Assembly (NCBI GenBank): GCA_964557205.1
Contig: CAZKZI010000002.1
Location: forward strand, 1 to 62,611
From: an uncultured Lentisphaeraceae bacterium
GTDB taxonomy: Bacteria > Verrucomicrobiota > Kiritimatiellia > RFP12 > UBA1067
DNA: 62,611 nt
Reading direction: 5' to 3'
Part shown: positions 60,716 to 62,611 of the stretch, one piece after another
Position numbering within the stretch: the first letter of the stretch is position 1
How the letters are laid out: every line of letters starts with the position of its first letter
Notes under the pieces: generated by a model
What the model was told of the DNA's origin: nothing
The model's input: only the letters and a program-made list of their open reading frames with translations
Database searches by the model: none
Position numbers and translations under genes: made by a program

Positions 60716-62064
60716 TCCGTCTGAAGGAAAAGATCAAGGCGTGGCTGGGTCCCCTGTGGTGGTATGCCGCTGTCATGTTCTGCGTTGGGCGTTTCGGCGA
60801 TGTCATCAATCTGTATACCGGACTCTGGCTTGTTCCCAAATGGGTTCCGCCTGCAGAGTTGGGCGCACTGCTGCCTCTGGGGCAGATCGGCGGTCTCCTG
60901 GGATTGCCGCTGGCAATTTTGCTGATCCCGTTCATGAAGTTTTTGAACACCTTTGGTGCACGGGAAGAGACTGGCAAAGTCAAAGCGCTATTGTGTGACG
61001 CACTGATGCTGGCAGGGGTGTCGGCCGTTGCCATCGTCGCCTACACATGGTTTTCCGCGCCGTTTGTTTTCGAGCGGTTGCGCATCAGCGGAACTGGTCT
61101 GATCTGGTTGCTGTGCGGCATTGCGGTCACATCTGCGTTCATTCCGATTCTGAACAGCGGGTTGTCGGCACTCAAGCTGTTTCGTTGTATGGGTGTGGCA
61201 GGTCTTGCATCTGCGCCTGTCCGTCTGGTTTTTCTGTTGGCACTGCTTCCGGTTTACGGGTTAGTCGGATTCTTTTCCGCACAAGTTCTGTCGAATGTTG
61301 CGGCTCTCGGGATCTCGTTCTGGGGATTGCGCAAGATCATGTCGGCCGGAATTAGGCGGGAATCGTATCGCGGGTATTGGCGCGAGATGGTGCAATACAC
61401 CATTCCAATTGCAGGGATCATGTTGGCCAACAACCTTTCATCGACGGCTCAATTGCTGGTCATCCGGCAGAGGTTGCCGGATGTTGAATCGGCGGCCTTT
61501 TATTTCTTGTCGCGCTTTTCAGAGATCCCCAATGTTTTGTGGTCGGCGATCGCGATAGTCTTTTTCCCAGTCATTTCCGAGGCGTTCGAGAAGGGAAAAG
61601 ATACACGGAGGATACTGATTCAGGTGTTGCTGTTCACGGTGGGCGGCGGGGCAATTGTCGCAGTCGTGCTGGGGGTAGGAATTGAGTGGCTGTTCGGAGT
61701 TGTATCCAAGTGGCACAACTATCGGCCGTATGCCGGTCTCATGGTATGGATGGCGATGACCAATGTGTTCCGTGTTGCGTTCGCCTGTTTTTCGAACCAC
61801 GAAATGGCTTGTCGGCGGTTCGGGTTTATCCGTTATGCGGTGCCCTTATCTCTGCTTGAGGCAGCCGTTTTGGTGTCGCTGACGGGCTATGGCTTTTTCA
61901 CGCCCTATTTGCCCCTGACGTGGGTTGAGTGGATGAGCTCACTGCATGCAGCACGGTTGGAATTTATTGTGTGTGCTATGCTGATCACATCTTTTGCGGT
62001 GTTTCTGGGGCTCGTTATTCAGATGTCGCTTTTCCGGACCGGTGCCAGGCGAGCGTCCGCCTGA
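60712..62064 (+). CDS. polysaccharide/oligosaccharide flippase-like (MOP/Wzx-type) membrane protein
   Basis: ATGA overlap with the upstream gene. About 12-14 hydrophobic helices over 450 aa, in an envelope-glycan gene context. Confidence 0.55.
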   Translation: MIRLKEKIKAWLGPLWWYAAVMFCVGRFGDVINLYTGLWLVPKWVPPAELGALLPLGQIGGLLGLPLAILLIPFMKFLNTFGAREETGKVKALLCDALMLAGVSAVAIVAYTWFSAPFVFERLRISGTGLIWLLCGIAVTSAFIPILNSGLSALKLFRCMGVAGLASAPVRLVFLLALLPVYGLVGFFSAQVLSNVAALGISFWGLRKIMSAGIRRESYRGYWREMVQYTIPIAGIMLANNLSSTAQLLVIRQRLPDVESAAFYFLSRFSEIPNVLWSAIAIVFFPVISEAFEKGKDTRRILIQVLLFTVGGGAIVAVVLGVGIEWLFGVVSKWHNYRPYAGLMVWMAMTNVFRVAFACFSNHEMACRRFGFIRYAVPLSLLEAAVLVSLTGYGFFTPYLPLTWVEWMSSLHAARLEFIVCAMLITSFAVFLGLVIQMSLFRTGARRASA

Positions 62065-62611
62065 TGGCCTCATCCAGAGGGCAGCGGGGATAGAGTCCGA
62101 GTTCCGTTTTGGCCCGCTCGATGGAGGGCACATAGCGGGAAGGGGGGGCAAAAGGATCGGGGGTGCCCAGAACCGTGATCGGTGCGTTTGTCCCGGCACA
62201 CGCTTGCACTTTGTAAGCGAGTTCGCGGATGGAGAGCGCTTCGTCCGACCCTATATTGTAGGCATTGGCATGCTCGCCCTTCAGCAAGATTGTCAAAAGC
62301 CACTCGGCGAGATCCGCGGCGTAGAGATATGAGCGCAGCGGCGTGCCGTCACCTTTGATCATGATGGGGGTGTTGTTCAGCACGTCGCGGATAAAGTTGC
62401 CGATCGCGAAGTGGGTGTCTAACGGCAGATACGGTCCGACGAAGGCGAACGGCCGGGCGATCACGCACTCGAAGTGTCCGTCAGAGGCGTCAAGGCACAG
62501 TTGCTCAGAAACTTTCTTGCCTTTTCCGTAAGCGGTTGTGGGGGTGCCCTCGTAGGTTTCAACGAGGTGGGAGAGTTCAGGTGGTTGTTGTCCGTAGACC
62601 GCGCCAGAACT
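62015..62611 (-). CDS. NAD-dependent epimerase/dehydratase (extended SDR), 5' end outside the window
   Basis: The minus-strand frame is open to the window edge: SSGAVYGQQP...TAYGKGKKVSEQL (SS.AVYG and the catalytic Y-x-x-x-K), then ...RPFAFVGPY...IKGDGTPLRSYLYAADLAEW. Confidence 0.8.
   Translation of the reverse strand, partial: SSGAVYGQQPPELSHLVETYEGTPTTAYGKGKKVSEQLCLDASDGHFECVIARPFAFVGPYLPLDTHFAIGNFIRDVLNNTPIMIKGDGTPLRSYLYAADLAEWLLTILLKGEHANAYNIGSDEALSIRELAYKVQACAGTNAPITVLGTPDPFAPPSRYVPSIERAKTELGLYPRCPLDEAIRRTLAWHRSGKATSE

Overview
62.6-kb window from a G+C-rich bacterium. The gene content (many secreted LamG/BNR glycan-processing proteins, desulfoferrodoxin) suggests an anaerobic PVC-type organism such as Verrucomicrobia, Kiritimatiellia or Lentisphaerae; that taxonomy is inference only. 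All calls were made by eye from the ORF track and the sequence, with no database search. Layout: (i) 1-13.5 kb is a very GC-rich cluster of secreted glycan-active proteins: a multi-LamG protein, a 1382-aa exoprotein, two paralogous LamG+BNR/sialidase-fold proteins, a split GH20-like gene and a DegT aminotransferase. It ends in a truncated SDR gene stump. (ii) 13.8-17.8 kb holds a clan GH-A-like hydrolase, desulfoferrodoxin and glutathione peroxidase. (iii) ~17.9-29.5 kb is AT-richer accessory island 1. It starts at a DUF523-like pseudogene and carries decayed ORF6N and MazF remnants, a HEPN / unknown / SecB-like three-gene module (TAC-like), a DUF3578-McrB-type AAA+ gene with a DUF2357/PD-(D/E)xK partner split by an in-frame TAG, and an overlapping AAA-ATPase/RloB pair. 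(iv) 30.3-34.7 kb holds the core genes tlyA, a solute-binding protein and a phospholipase D. Each is followed directly by purine-rich tracts with 7-nt periodicity and a conserved ~45-nt core. (v) ~34.9-46.6 kb is AT-richer island 2. Its main content is a tightly coupled seven-gene minus-strand operon: DUF559-type nuclease, two membrane-anchored coiled-coil proteins, a coiled-coil-McrB-type AAA+, a McrC/DUF2357-like protein, a degenerate Hsp70/actin-fold protein, and a UvrD-type helicase with a RelE/ParE-like N-terminus. This operon is the best candidate for a novel, CoCoNuT-like but atypical defence system. (vi) 46.65-62.6 kb is core: ceramidase-like/LamG protein, tsaB, a family-5 SBP, adk-map-rpmJ-rpsM-rpsK-rpsD-rpoA-rplQ, an FAD oxidoreductase, a large polytopic membrane protein, a flippase-like protein and a partial epimerase. 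I recognised no rRNA, tRNA, CRISPR array, integrase or intact transposase.
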